In this document: positions 22,901 through 31,901 of the stretch, piece by piece | Layout of the letters: each line of letters opens with the position of its first letter | How positions within the stretch are numbered: the stretch's first letter is position 1 | Source of the DNA: Macrostomum lignano | Taxonomy: Eukaryota | Direction of reading: 5' to 3' | Assembly: GCA_002269645.1 (NCBI GenBank) | Contig: NIVC01004902.1 | Span: 1-31,901 of the forward strand | Length of the DNA stretch: 31,901 nt | Program-made: the position numbers and the translations under genes | The notes under the pieces: generated by a model | What the model saw: the letters and a program-made list of their open reading frames with translations, nothing else | Database searches by the model: none | Told to the model about the DNA's origin: nothing

Positions 22901-25900
22901 GGGTCTCCTTCCGGCCAGACTGGAAGCTGAGCATGTTCCGGAGGCTCTCCCAGACTCGGTTGGTCTTCTTGTTGCTGACATCAACGTCTCCGTCCCAGCC
23001 GGCGGCCGAGCTGCCGCTGGCCTGGCCCTCCTCGGCGATGTTGAAGAGCTCCGTGCTGCGACCGACCGAGCGCCAGGTGTACTTGCTGGACTTTGTGCTC
23101 AGGTCCTGATTAGCCTGCAGCACCTTGTTGCCAGCAGCCTTGGCTTTGCACTTTTTGAAGAAAGTGATGATAATGATCGACGGCGGGAACACGATCAGGG
23201 TGGACACCACGGAGATGAACAGCTGGTCCAGAGTGAATGTAATCGGACCTAGACAAGTGTTGGTGAAAATTTTACTTTACAAAATTTACGACAGTCAAGA
23301 TTTTTTACCATTCCATTGTCAAGATCAGAGTTTTCATGTGTTCAACGTGGACTGCGGCACTTGTTCAGTATTAAGAAAGAAACTTATCAAGGCTTCACTA
23401 TCTAGTATCTATATAAAGAAATTAAAGGCTTGGCATTCCTACTTGCAAGTAATATGAATGAAGGGTTAATATTAATCCTAGTGAAATAAACCAAGGACAG
23501 TAGGCACACTTACCAATGGTTATGCCAGTCCGTTTCTCCAGGTTGTCAGACGACTTAAAGAACATGGCGTTGGTAATCATGGTTAGGAACAGGAGCGACA
23601 GGCAGCAGGAGATGCGCTGCACTCGGGTGAAGGCGCTCCTTGTCGGCCTGGAGAAGATGCTGAACCACAGGTGCTCGTTGCGGAGTTTACGCTGCACAGA
23701 GCTGGAGAAGAGCTGCTTGAATGCGACAAGGTCGGCGAGTCCGGAGACAGGCAGAATGCGCTCCACCTGGCCGTCGCCCTCCTCAACAGCCAGCCAGTTG
23801 TTGCACAGGAAAAACGACCTGATTTTGTGTTTAGAAGTAGGAATTAGGCTTAGGAAAAATTGTGTGGGGTTTTGATCACGAGGGAATAGGAATTTCACCC
23901 AATGAGTAGACGGGCGTGGGGTGGGGGTCGTGAGAAATGGGGGAAGGAATTTAAGCCAATGACAAGGCGGGGCGTGGGGTGGGGGTCATGAGGGGGTAGG
24001 AATTTGAGCTACTGACGAGGCGGGGGTGGTCACTCAGCATGGAGAGTTTTGAAATCGATTTACACATTCAAACGAGTTGGGTCAAACAAGCCAAGTCACC
24101 ACATACTTTTCACCCGTCTGCAGGTCATTGATGACCACCTGGTCCAAGTACCAGGATTTCTCCTTTCCTTTGCCGGAGTTGTCGTGCCAGATCCGCAAGA
24201 AGGTCAGAGAGCCGAGCGAGCTCTCCGTGGACATGATGAAGTTGTACACCTCGCCTCGAGGGAATCCCTGGGTGAACAGAAATAGCAACAGTAAGTGTAA
24301 ATTTCTTGCTTGACCCAAGCAAACTGACGCAGAATCGTCCGATTTACCTTCCTATCGCCGTCGGACAGCTCGCGGATGCCAGTGTCGCCGTTATCGCCGC
24401 ACAGTATAAAATAGACCTTCGAGTTTGTGCCAGAGCCCTTCCTGTAGCCAGTCATCACGGAGATCTGGTAGTGGTAGGTGTCGTTAGGAATATTGTCCTG
24501 CAGGTTGGTGGCGCCCCACCGTTTGATGTCCTTCTTATCCATGATGCGGCCCCAGATCATCAGGATGATGTACAGAATCAGCGTGCTGATCACGGTGGAG
24601 AATACTGCGGCATTCTCGCTGAGGTTTTTGAACTTGCTCCACACCGTGTTAAAGTCGATGGTGTTCGGCGGTACGACCATGTCACTAGCAAATGACGTCA
24701 GGTGAGTCACTTCCAGGTGCATTTGCGAAGGGCAAGACAGCTGGCCAACCTAAGGAGATCATTTGAAAGTATAACACTTTACTTAGTTTAATTATTTATT
24801 GTTTATTGTAACTTTTAATGTCGCGATTTTTACAAGCCAATGTCCAAGAAAGGTTGAGAGAGTAGAGGGGGGGGCTTAAGTGAAAGATACTTCCAAATCC
24901 AGCCAATCAGCGATGAGGAGGGTTGGAGAGAAAGATATTTCCAAATCCAGCCAATCAGCGATGAGGAGGGTTAGAGAGAATGATATTTCCAAATCCAGCC
25001 AATCAGCGATGAGGAGGGTTAGAGAGAATGATATTTCCAAATCCAGCTAATCAGCGATGAGGAGGGTTGGAGAGAAAGATATTTCTAAATCCAGCCAATC
25101 AGCGATGAGGAGGGTTGGAGAGAAAGATATTTCCAAATTCAGCCAATCAGCGATTGGAAATATTTCGGGAGTGAGCTGTAGGTTTATACAACGTGCTGCC
25201 AGACACTCACAGAAATTCCATCCGTCTTCCATTTCTGCTTCTCTTCATCGAAGTACACCGGGTTGTCAATAAAGAATGCAAATTCGTACACGGTGTTCGG
25301 GTTAATCGGCTTCGTGGATGTATCGAATTTTACCGTTGCCTCTGAAAAGAGTAATTATCGTTTTTACACATTACTACTTTCTCTCTTGCCCGAACGCCTC
25401 CTTCTAATGCGTAGATCTCAACTCACGCGACAGAGTCACAAAGACGCAGTAGAGCCCGCAGTGCTGGTCAGGTTAGCCGGGAATATGTAAGTATTCTGCA
25501 GCTCGTTCTGCAGCTGAAGCCCGCTCTGGCCTTTCAGCATGGCCGCGTCCGACTGGCTCAGGTTGGCCTTAATCTCTTCGATAGATCTGGGCAGGAAAGT
25601 AAGCCAGGTTAAATTGTTCGCCTCGGGCTCCGGGCAGGACCCGTTGTTCAGGTAAATAGCGAAGTTCACTTCGGTTACTGAGGTGTCGTTTTTCAGGTCG
25701 CGAAGGCTGATGCCGAGGGTCTGGTTGTCCCGGGTGAGGTTGGCGCAGTGGCAGTTGCCCACCTTATCGTCGTGCTTGATGGGGTACAGCCGGGTCTGCA
25801 AGGCTGCAACGATGTGATGGCGGAAGCTGGCTTGCAGGTCCAGTTAAAGATTCCGGAAAATGGTCTAAGATCGTATTCATCGTCAGCATTAAACCAGACA

Positions 25901-28900
25901 TTTTTGTCATGACATTTTATTTAAGCCTTGTTTTGGTTGCCTTTAACCTAGTTGATTAGCGCATTCAGTGCCAGTGCTGCGACTTAAGCAGAGTTAGCCG
26001 TGGTTAGCAAGCAGCTGATATCTCCGAGCTATGGCAGAGATACAGGGTGGGAGTCGCTAGCCATAACAGCCCATTGCAACGGCGACTGTCACACCTGGTC
26101 ACTTTACAGCGGATCAGGCGTATTTCTACTTTATTGTTTCTTATACCTTTAACTCGAACTCAGATTTTTCATACCCCAAGACCAAAGTATATTCGAGGAC
26201 AAATAGAACAATATCGACACTTACGAGTTCCTCGCTTGATAAAGATGGAGATTGGCTTTGCTACGCCTTTGGTGGGCACCTCGCCGCCGCCAACCTTGTT
26301 GATGGTCACTGAGGTCAAAGGCGACTTCACAGCCCTGTCGCCGTGGCAGATCGGGTTGTTCTTGAATGTCTGCAGCTGGAATGGGTTATTGGCGGTGTGG
26401 ACTCAGTGCTTGAGCGCTTGGGTTTGAGTAATACATTGACTAATCTTTTTAGTGTCCCAGTGCCCCCTATAGTATCAGTGCATTATTGTCATTGTCCCTT
26501 AGAGTTTTGGGGTCTTACACTCGAAGCGTATTAGTGTCTCTGTGTCTCAGCGTCTCAGTGTCTTATTGTCAGTATCTTTGTGTTTTAGGGTCAGTATCTT
26601 TATGTCTTTCTTTCAGCATCTTTGTTTTAGTTGCAGTATCTCTGTATACATTGTATCCTTGTCAGTATATCTGTATCCTAGTGTCAGTATTTCTGTATAC
26701 TAGTGTCAGTATCATTGTAACCAAGTGTCAGTATTTCTGTATCCTAGTGTCAGTATCATTGTAACCAAGTGTCAGTATTTCTGTATACTAGTGTCAGTAT
26801 CATTGTATCCAAGTGTCAGTATTTCTGTATCCTAGTGTCAGTATCATTGTATCCAAGTGTCAGTATTTCTGTATACTAGTGTCAGTATCATTGTATCTAA
26901 GTGTCAGTAGCACAGTTTTAGTATCATATTGTGTCTATTGCCTTGATATTATTTTTAGCGTCTCAGTATCTCAATATAAGTCCGTCTCACCCCAATTCCC
27001 AGACCAGCGCCCAGCAGATCCCTGGGCACGTTGACGCCTCCATTGTTCGACGAAGTGCCGACACCGTCTGGTTAGAAAGAAACGGGAGTTTGTTATTTTC
27101 TATAGGTATAACTACTTGTAGTAGAACATATAGCTGTTTTTGTGTTATAAATTTCTTATGTGCTATCTTATCCGATTTCCTATCGAGAAAATCAGGTACA
27201 GTGCAAACTACAGATACTAGAATAACTAGATGGGCCACTCAGCACATTTGCGTGTAAGCTACTTTCAGTTCAGTAGTAATTTACACAGAAGCATTTTAAT
27301 GTATTTTTAAAGCCAAGGCTCATTTATTAGCTCTTACCCCCAGCTTAAACCCTTCAACCGCGCCTTTCCTTACTACCCCCCCGCGCACCCCAATTTTTAT
27401 TGCCTTTCTCGGAATTCCAGCCTAAAGCTGCCATGTAATATTTCAGTGGACTAGCTAATGTACATTATTGCTGAACCAATTAGCAAGTTGTTTACGCCTG
27501 CAAGCTTGGGCTTCTAAACTTATCAAACTCAGTTCAGCTGTCTTAATTTTATAACAGCTTATGCATTCTTCTTTGCTACTGAGCTGAAAGTAGAAAGCTG
27601 TTTTACTAAGTAAATGTGCTGAGTGGCCCAACCTTGTTTTTCTGTATCTGTGGTGCAAAACCGAAGCCAATTCCTTAAGAAATTTCAAACCTTCTTCGCT
27701 GGAAAAGTTGGCGGGCGCTCTCAGGCTGGCAACGGTGACCTTGTCGGAGGCTACCTGCGATTTTTCTCCCTTGCCCAACGAGGTGGCCGAGCAGGTCTTC
27801 AGCGAACTCATCGATTTCGTAGAAATTTGAGCTTTCTGCAGGCGATGGAAAGCAATTAGAAAAATTCCTGTGTTATCAAATAACAGGTTGCGTTTATTGA
27901 TACTTAAAACGTCACTTACCGCTTTTTTCCTCTGCTCCTGCTGGCCCAGCAGAGCCTGGTACTTCTCGCTGCACAGCTCGTTTCGCATATCGGGCATCAT
28001 GTACTTTAACAGATTCTGCAGCTGGGTGCAGTTCTTTATGCAGCTAAATCTGCAAGGGATTGAATTTTGTTGTTTTAATCCATGATTAAATTCATATTTT
28101 TCTGTTGCTAAATTATGATGAATTATAAGCATCGTCAATTAAAAGATAAAAAATTCTAAAATTTGTAGTGCTATTTTTGCTCATGAAGATCAGCCTCCAA
28201 GGACAAACGATGGGAAAAGTCTGGCCGCTGTACACCCTGTGTGAGCGTGTGCCTGCTCAGTGGTCAGTACTAACCGAGGCCAATTCAGCTTAACTTGCAG
28301 TGCTATAGCAAGGGGGGCATCACAAGTTTGAAATATCACAAAATCGAAACATCTCAAAACCGAATCATCACAAACCCGAAACATCACAAAACCGAAACAT
28401 CACAAAACCGAAACATCTCAAACCCGAAATAACACAAAACCGAAACATCACAAAACCGAAAACATCTCACAAACATCACAAAACCGAAACATCACAAAAC
28501 CGAAACATCACAAAACGAAACATCACAAACCCGAAATATCACAAACCGAAACATCACAAAACCGAAACATCACAAAACCGAAACATCACAAACCCGAAAT
28601 ATCACAAAACCGAAACATCACAAAACCGAAACATCACAAACCCGAAATATCACAAAACCGAAACATCACAAAACCGAAACATCACAAAACCGAAACATCA
28701 CAAAACCGAGACATCACAAACCCGAAATAATCACAAAACCGAGACATCACAAACCCGAAATATCACAAAGCTAACGCCGAAAACGAAAATAGCGTTGGTC
28801 TTATGATAGTCTCGGTTTTATGGTCGATATTTCGGGTTTGTGATAATTCGGGTTAATGATGGCGACCCCTGGCAAGGTAGCGAATGCGCTGACTCATTCG

Positions 28901-31788
28901 GCTATCGACTCCACCTAGATTTCAAGAGCAACAGCTACTGATGAAGCCAGCTACTGACACATTGTCCGGCAGCGAGTCGCCGTCAGGCAGCGGGCACTTG
29001 GTGCTCTTCGGCCTCTCGGGCTCCTCCTTGTGCTGGCTGGGGTCCAGCGGGGCCGCGCGGACCGCCCGCCGACGCCTGGCGATGGACATGACAGGCGCTG
29101 AGCCCGGGTCGCACCAGTCCAGACTGGTCTCCGGCGACCAGCCAACAATGTTCACCATGTTGTTCACGCAGGCCTGGATGTCCTCTTCAGCCGGGGTCAG
29201 GGTGGGCTGGATGTTGCCCACTGTGCCGAGGGTGCCTGCGACGTGGTGGATGAATAATAAACTGAGAATTTCTGCCTGCATTTGCAAAGAAAATTAAAAA
29301 TGCTAATCAGTAACACAGATAATACGCTCGTAGAATACTTAGATAAGCCACTCAGCACATTTGCGTGCAAGCTACTTTCAGTTCAGTAGTAAGTTAAACT
29401 GAAGCATTTTAATGTATTTTTAAAGCCAAGGCTCATTTATTGGCTCTTACCCCCAAGCCTAAACCGTCCAACCGCGCCTTTCCTTAGTACCCCTCCCTGC
29501 GCACCCCAATTTTATTGCCTTTATCAGAATTCCAGTCAGAAGCTGCCATGTGCATTTCAGTGGACTGGCTAATGTACATTACTGCTGAACCAATTAGCAA
29601 GTTGTTTACGCCTGGAAGCTTGGGCTTCTAAACTTATCAAAGATTCAAAGTAATTTCAGCTGCCTTTATAAAATAGCTTTTGTATTCTTCTTTGCTACTG
29701 AACTGAAAGTAGAAAGCTGTTTTACTAATTAAATGTGCCTGAGTGGCCCCATCTAGTTATTTGTAAGCGCGTAGTTTGTAAGCGCGTCTGTTTATCTGGT
29801 TTGCTGGTTTCGTTCTAATAGAAACAATAAATCTAAACTCTGAATTTAAAAAAAGCACAAGTAATAGTGGATATGCCTACCTCCGGTGGCTGTCTCGACC
29901 TGCTCCGGAGATGCGGAGTGGAAGGAAGCCATGCTCTTGGCCGTGTTGTCCAGCGCAGATGCTGAGCTGATCTGCACACATGGGAATGACCGTTTTTACA
30001 GGCTGTGTATAACTTTTCCGTAAATATTCGACATTTCAAACTTGAAAATAGGAATAATAGAGTGCAAAACGTACTTGCTGGGAGGGTTATCAAGAAATCA
30101 CGGAATAAGTTTTTCTCTAGAATTCTCGGAATCTATCCGGTCTGAAGCGAGATTTTTACCTGCTACTACTTTGTACTTTTCGGCAAATAATTAGAGTACA
30201 GTAGCTCGTCAAAAACACAGATATGGGCACATGTTCAACCGACAGCTCAGCCGCAGCTATTGCGCGGCGCATCTGAAGGCTGCGTACGGCTGTTCAGTCC
30301 AAGGACTGGGGGGTCGCCACACCCACCCTCAATTACCCCAGCTAATGCTGGCACCCATTTTATAGCTGGGTGAACTGAAGCGATGCAGGGTTAAGTGTAT
30401 TGCTTAAACGACACAAATTGTTACAAGTGGGTCGGGATTCGAATCCCCGACCTAAAACATATTAAATAAGTGGATGGGCCACTCAGGCAGACATGCATTG
30501 CTTGCATGAAAACAGTCGTACGTAGCAAGGTAGATTTGTAAGCTAGTTTTTAGCTCATAAAAAGAAAGGCAGTTGGAGTGACTTGCAGACGTAAACAGCC
30601 TCTTGCTATTGGTGAAGCCCTAATTTACATTGGCCCAGCGCCAATGAGAATGTACATGGCACGCAGCTTCAGGCTGGAACACCGGCGAGGGGCAATAAAA
30701 GTTGGATGTTGGGGCGAGGTAGAAGTTTTGAGTGGAAAGGCACATTGGGAAAGGTTCAGCTGGGGCAACTAAAACACATTTAAATGCTTCTATTTAACTT
30801 ACTACTGAACTGAAAGTAGCTTAAACGTAAATTTATTGAGTGGCCCATCCGGTTATTATTGTATTTGTGGCCAATAAACAGAAAATCATAACTGAATTTG
30901 AATAGACGCTGCAGAAGTTTTACTGCTCGACTATTTTTGAGGGCTCTACTTTGGAAGTCCTTGGATGGAGGGGTGAAATAGTGCTTTGACAGTTAAAGAG
31001 TTCAACACGAACCTGAGCATTGACGTTGCTCCCGTCCGTGGTAATGGTCACCAGGGTTTACTCAGCGTGATGGCCTGATTTGGGTCGGTTAGAAACTGCG
31101 ACACCTGATCAACCTTGGCGCAGGCGCTCTCCTTCACCGCCAGGACCATGTCTGTGTCGTTGGAATCTTTCTGAAATTGGCATCGAGGTGCGCTTGCTTG
31201 CAGTGACCGCAGTGTGGTCAGGGGGCGAGAGTTGCTCTCTACTTACAAACGTACTGCTGACCATGGAGATCACGGAGAGCGCTTTGGTCGGGTTGGTGGG
31301 GTCCAAGTTAGTGAGGATGTTGTTGGCGTCCGAGATGCTGTTGATGTTCAGCACCTGCAGGCGCGCCTGGTCGGAGGCTTGCCGAGACTTCTTGTCAAAT
31401 CCGCAGATGCACATCTTCATCATGTCGTTATTATTCAGCGCTCCGTCTCGGCTAGCACGACCTTCTCCGACTCCTTGTAGGTGAGCAGGTTCGGGTTGGG
31501 GAAGCAGCTGCCCTGCCTTTTTTGTCGTACATTTTGAAGTCGGCGGCGTTGGGACTCGGCGTTGTGCCGTTCGGGTAGAGGCCGATCTGGGTCCAGTGGT
31601 TCTCGTTGCCGAAGTCCTGGCTGCAGCAGTCGAGGTTGTTGTAGACCACGGGGCTGCTATCGCCAACGCAGGCGACCACCACCCGCACGGAGTTGTTGCC
31701 AAGGAAGTCGTCGGGGTCGCGGCACAGCGAGTAGTCAATGTAGAGCATGTCACCCAGGCTGATGGCGATGTCCGATTCGCCTTTGAAC
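16928..31788 (-). CDS. Polycystin-1 family protein (PKD1L/REJ-like): REJ C-terminal part, GAIN/GPS, TM1, PLAT/LH2 and polycystin channel region; 5' end outside the window; four apparent 1-nt deletions
   Basis: 21 exons: 31788-31247, 31170-31013, 29971-29881, 29235-28959, 28049-27920, 27835-27691, 27067-26991, 26369-26225, 25803-25427, 25341-25211, 24749-24348, 24267-24107, 23818-23514, 23248-22777, 22698-22488, 22228-21893, 21555-21261, 21032-20785, 19490-18918, 17970-17768 and 17063-16928. Motifs: HLTSFASDMVVPPNTIDF (GPS/PKD stalk); YHYQISVMTG...GTNSKVYF...WHDNSG...SWYL...FLCNNWLAVEEGDGQVERIL (PLAT); FSRPTRSAFTRVQRISCCLSLL; GVPRLRQFR; YKGGGY; WLDTRTRAVFIEFTVYNAPSNLF (TOP domain); LRFNRRM; GPLFFFSF...IINDSF. 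About 1,800 codons lie in the window. Confidence 0.93.
17190..17650. repeat. ~9-bp minisatellite (GGGGAACAG)n in the last polycystin intron
   Basis: Directly visible; it is the source of the PLFPCSPV and GTGEQGNR ORFs. Confidence 0.96.
18066..18511. mobile_element. MITE family copy B, intronic
   Basis: CACAGATACTA...TAGTATCTGTG termini; flanking 8-mers CCCGTACC and GCTGTACC (6/8 match, possible eroded TSD). Confidence 0.88.
18714..18755. repeat. (TAGAG)n pentanucleotide microsatellite
   Basis: Directly visible. Confidence 0.92.
19734..20720. mobile_element. 987-bp non-autonomous TIR DNA transposon (P- or hAT-like), intronic
   Basis: Perfect 16-bp TIR CATAGACAACTGAAGT (19734-19749 and 20705-20720) and perfect 8-bp TSD AATCGAAC (19726-19733 and 20721-20728); no transposase ORF. 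Confidence 0.9.
19770..20608. repeat. ~39-bp minisatellite (ACTCGGTTTTCTTAGAAATGAGCTGGAGGCGGAGGCTGT)n in two blocks (about 19770-20253 and 20440-20608) inside the TIR element
   Basis: Repeat visible; it explains the MSWRRRLYSVFLE ORF. Confidence 0.93.
24891..25162. repeat. 48-bp minisatellite containing AGCCAATCAG, about 5.5 copies, in the intron that splits the GPS motif
   Basis: 48-bp period visible. Confidence 0.93.
26640..26910. repeat. 22/44-bp minisatellite (AGTGTCAGTAT core) with a degenerate left flank from about 26450
   Basis: Alternating 22-bp subunits visible. Confidence 0.88.
27209..27652. mobile_element. MITE family copy C, intronic
   Basis: TACAGATACTAG...GTATCTGTG termini; flanks GTGCAAAC and GTGCAAAA (7/8 match, probable 8-bp TSD). 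Confidence 0.88.
28325..28770. repeat. ~16-bp minisatellite (ACATCACAAAACCGAA)n, intronic
   Basis: Repeat visible, with unit-length variation. Confidence 0.93.
29314..29764. mobile_element. MITE family copy D, intronic
   Basis: Interior nearly identical to copy B over about 400 bp; termini partly eroded. Confidence 0.85.
30300..30453 (-). mobile_element. tRNA-derived SINE-like fragment
   Basis: The reverse complement reads GATTCGAATCCC (B-box-like), then TTGTGTCGTTTAAGCAATACACTTAAC...TCAGTTCACCCAGCTATAAAATGGGTGCCAGC, resembling the conserved central domains of ancient metazoan SINEs. Recognised from memory, not by search. Confidence 0.55.
30465..30869. mobile_element. MITE family copy E (more diverged, same orientation as copy A)
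   Basis: GATGGGCCACTCAG at the left, CTACTGAACTGAAAGTAGC...GAGTGGCCCATC...GTATTTGTG at the right, with recognisable interior blocks. Confidence 0.75.
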
Positions 31789-31901
31789 CTGCAGACTAAA
31801 CTGGACGGGATAATCTTGATGGTGCCAGCTGCCTCGGCAGGAGGTTCGCCGGATAGCTGGTGGGGCTGTGGAACACCGATAGACGGTAGAGGCCATAGGT
31901 G

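Noticed and set aside
27455-28138. 227-aa continuous ORF treated as a single exon
   Set aside because: It includes an 84-nt in-frame GT-AG intron (27836-27919) and runs into flanking introns and a MITE.
14081-31788. Secreted three-finger-like protein as a dedicated ligand or partner of the adjacent polycystin (a two-gene system)
   Set aside because: Adjacency in a metazoan genome is weak evidence. The genes are convergent, and nothing in the sequence links them functionally.

Overview
Eukaryotic (metazoan, probably lophotrochozoan) genomic DNA. The GC-rich exons, short GT-AG introns and minisatellite-packed long introns resemble a free-living flatworm such as Macrostomum, but that assignment is inference only. 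Most long ORFs in the supplied track are repeat or antisense artefacts. Reconstructing splice sites and codon phases by hand gives four genes. (1) The 3' part of a tyrosine-kinase-like pseudokinase with a C-terminal coiled coil (+, 2730-6229). (2) A complete 11-exon troponin T (-, 8519-12656). (3) A 3-exon, TATA-driven, secreted 229-aa Cys-rich protein with two Ly6/uPAR (three-finger)-like CxxxxCN-ended modules (+, 14081-15671). (4) About 1,800 codons (21 exons) of a polycystin-1-family gene with REJ, GAIN/GPS, TM1, PLAT and polycystin channel domains (-, 16928 to beyond 31788). That gene carries four apparent 1-nt deletions and a GPS motif lacking its canonical cysteines. Non-coding content includes a 2.6-kb 20-bp satellite, more than a dozen unrelated minisatellites, five copies of a ~440-bp MITE, a 987-bp TIR element with a perfect 8-bp TSD, and a SINE-like fragment. 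I found no CRISPR array or prokaryotic system. The best novelty candidates are the pseudokinase, the secreted tandem three-finger-like protein and the cysteine-less GPS polycystin.
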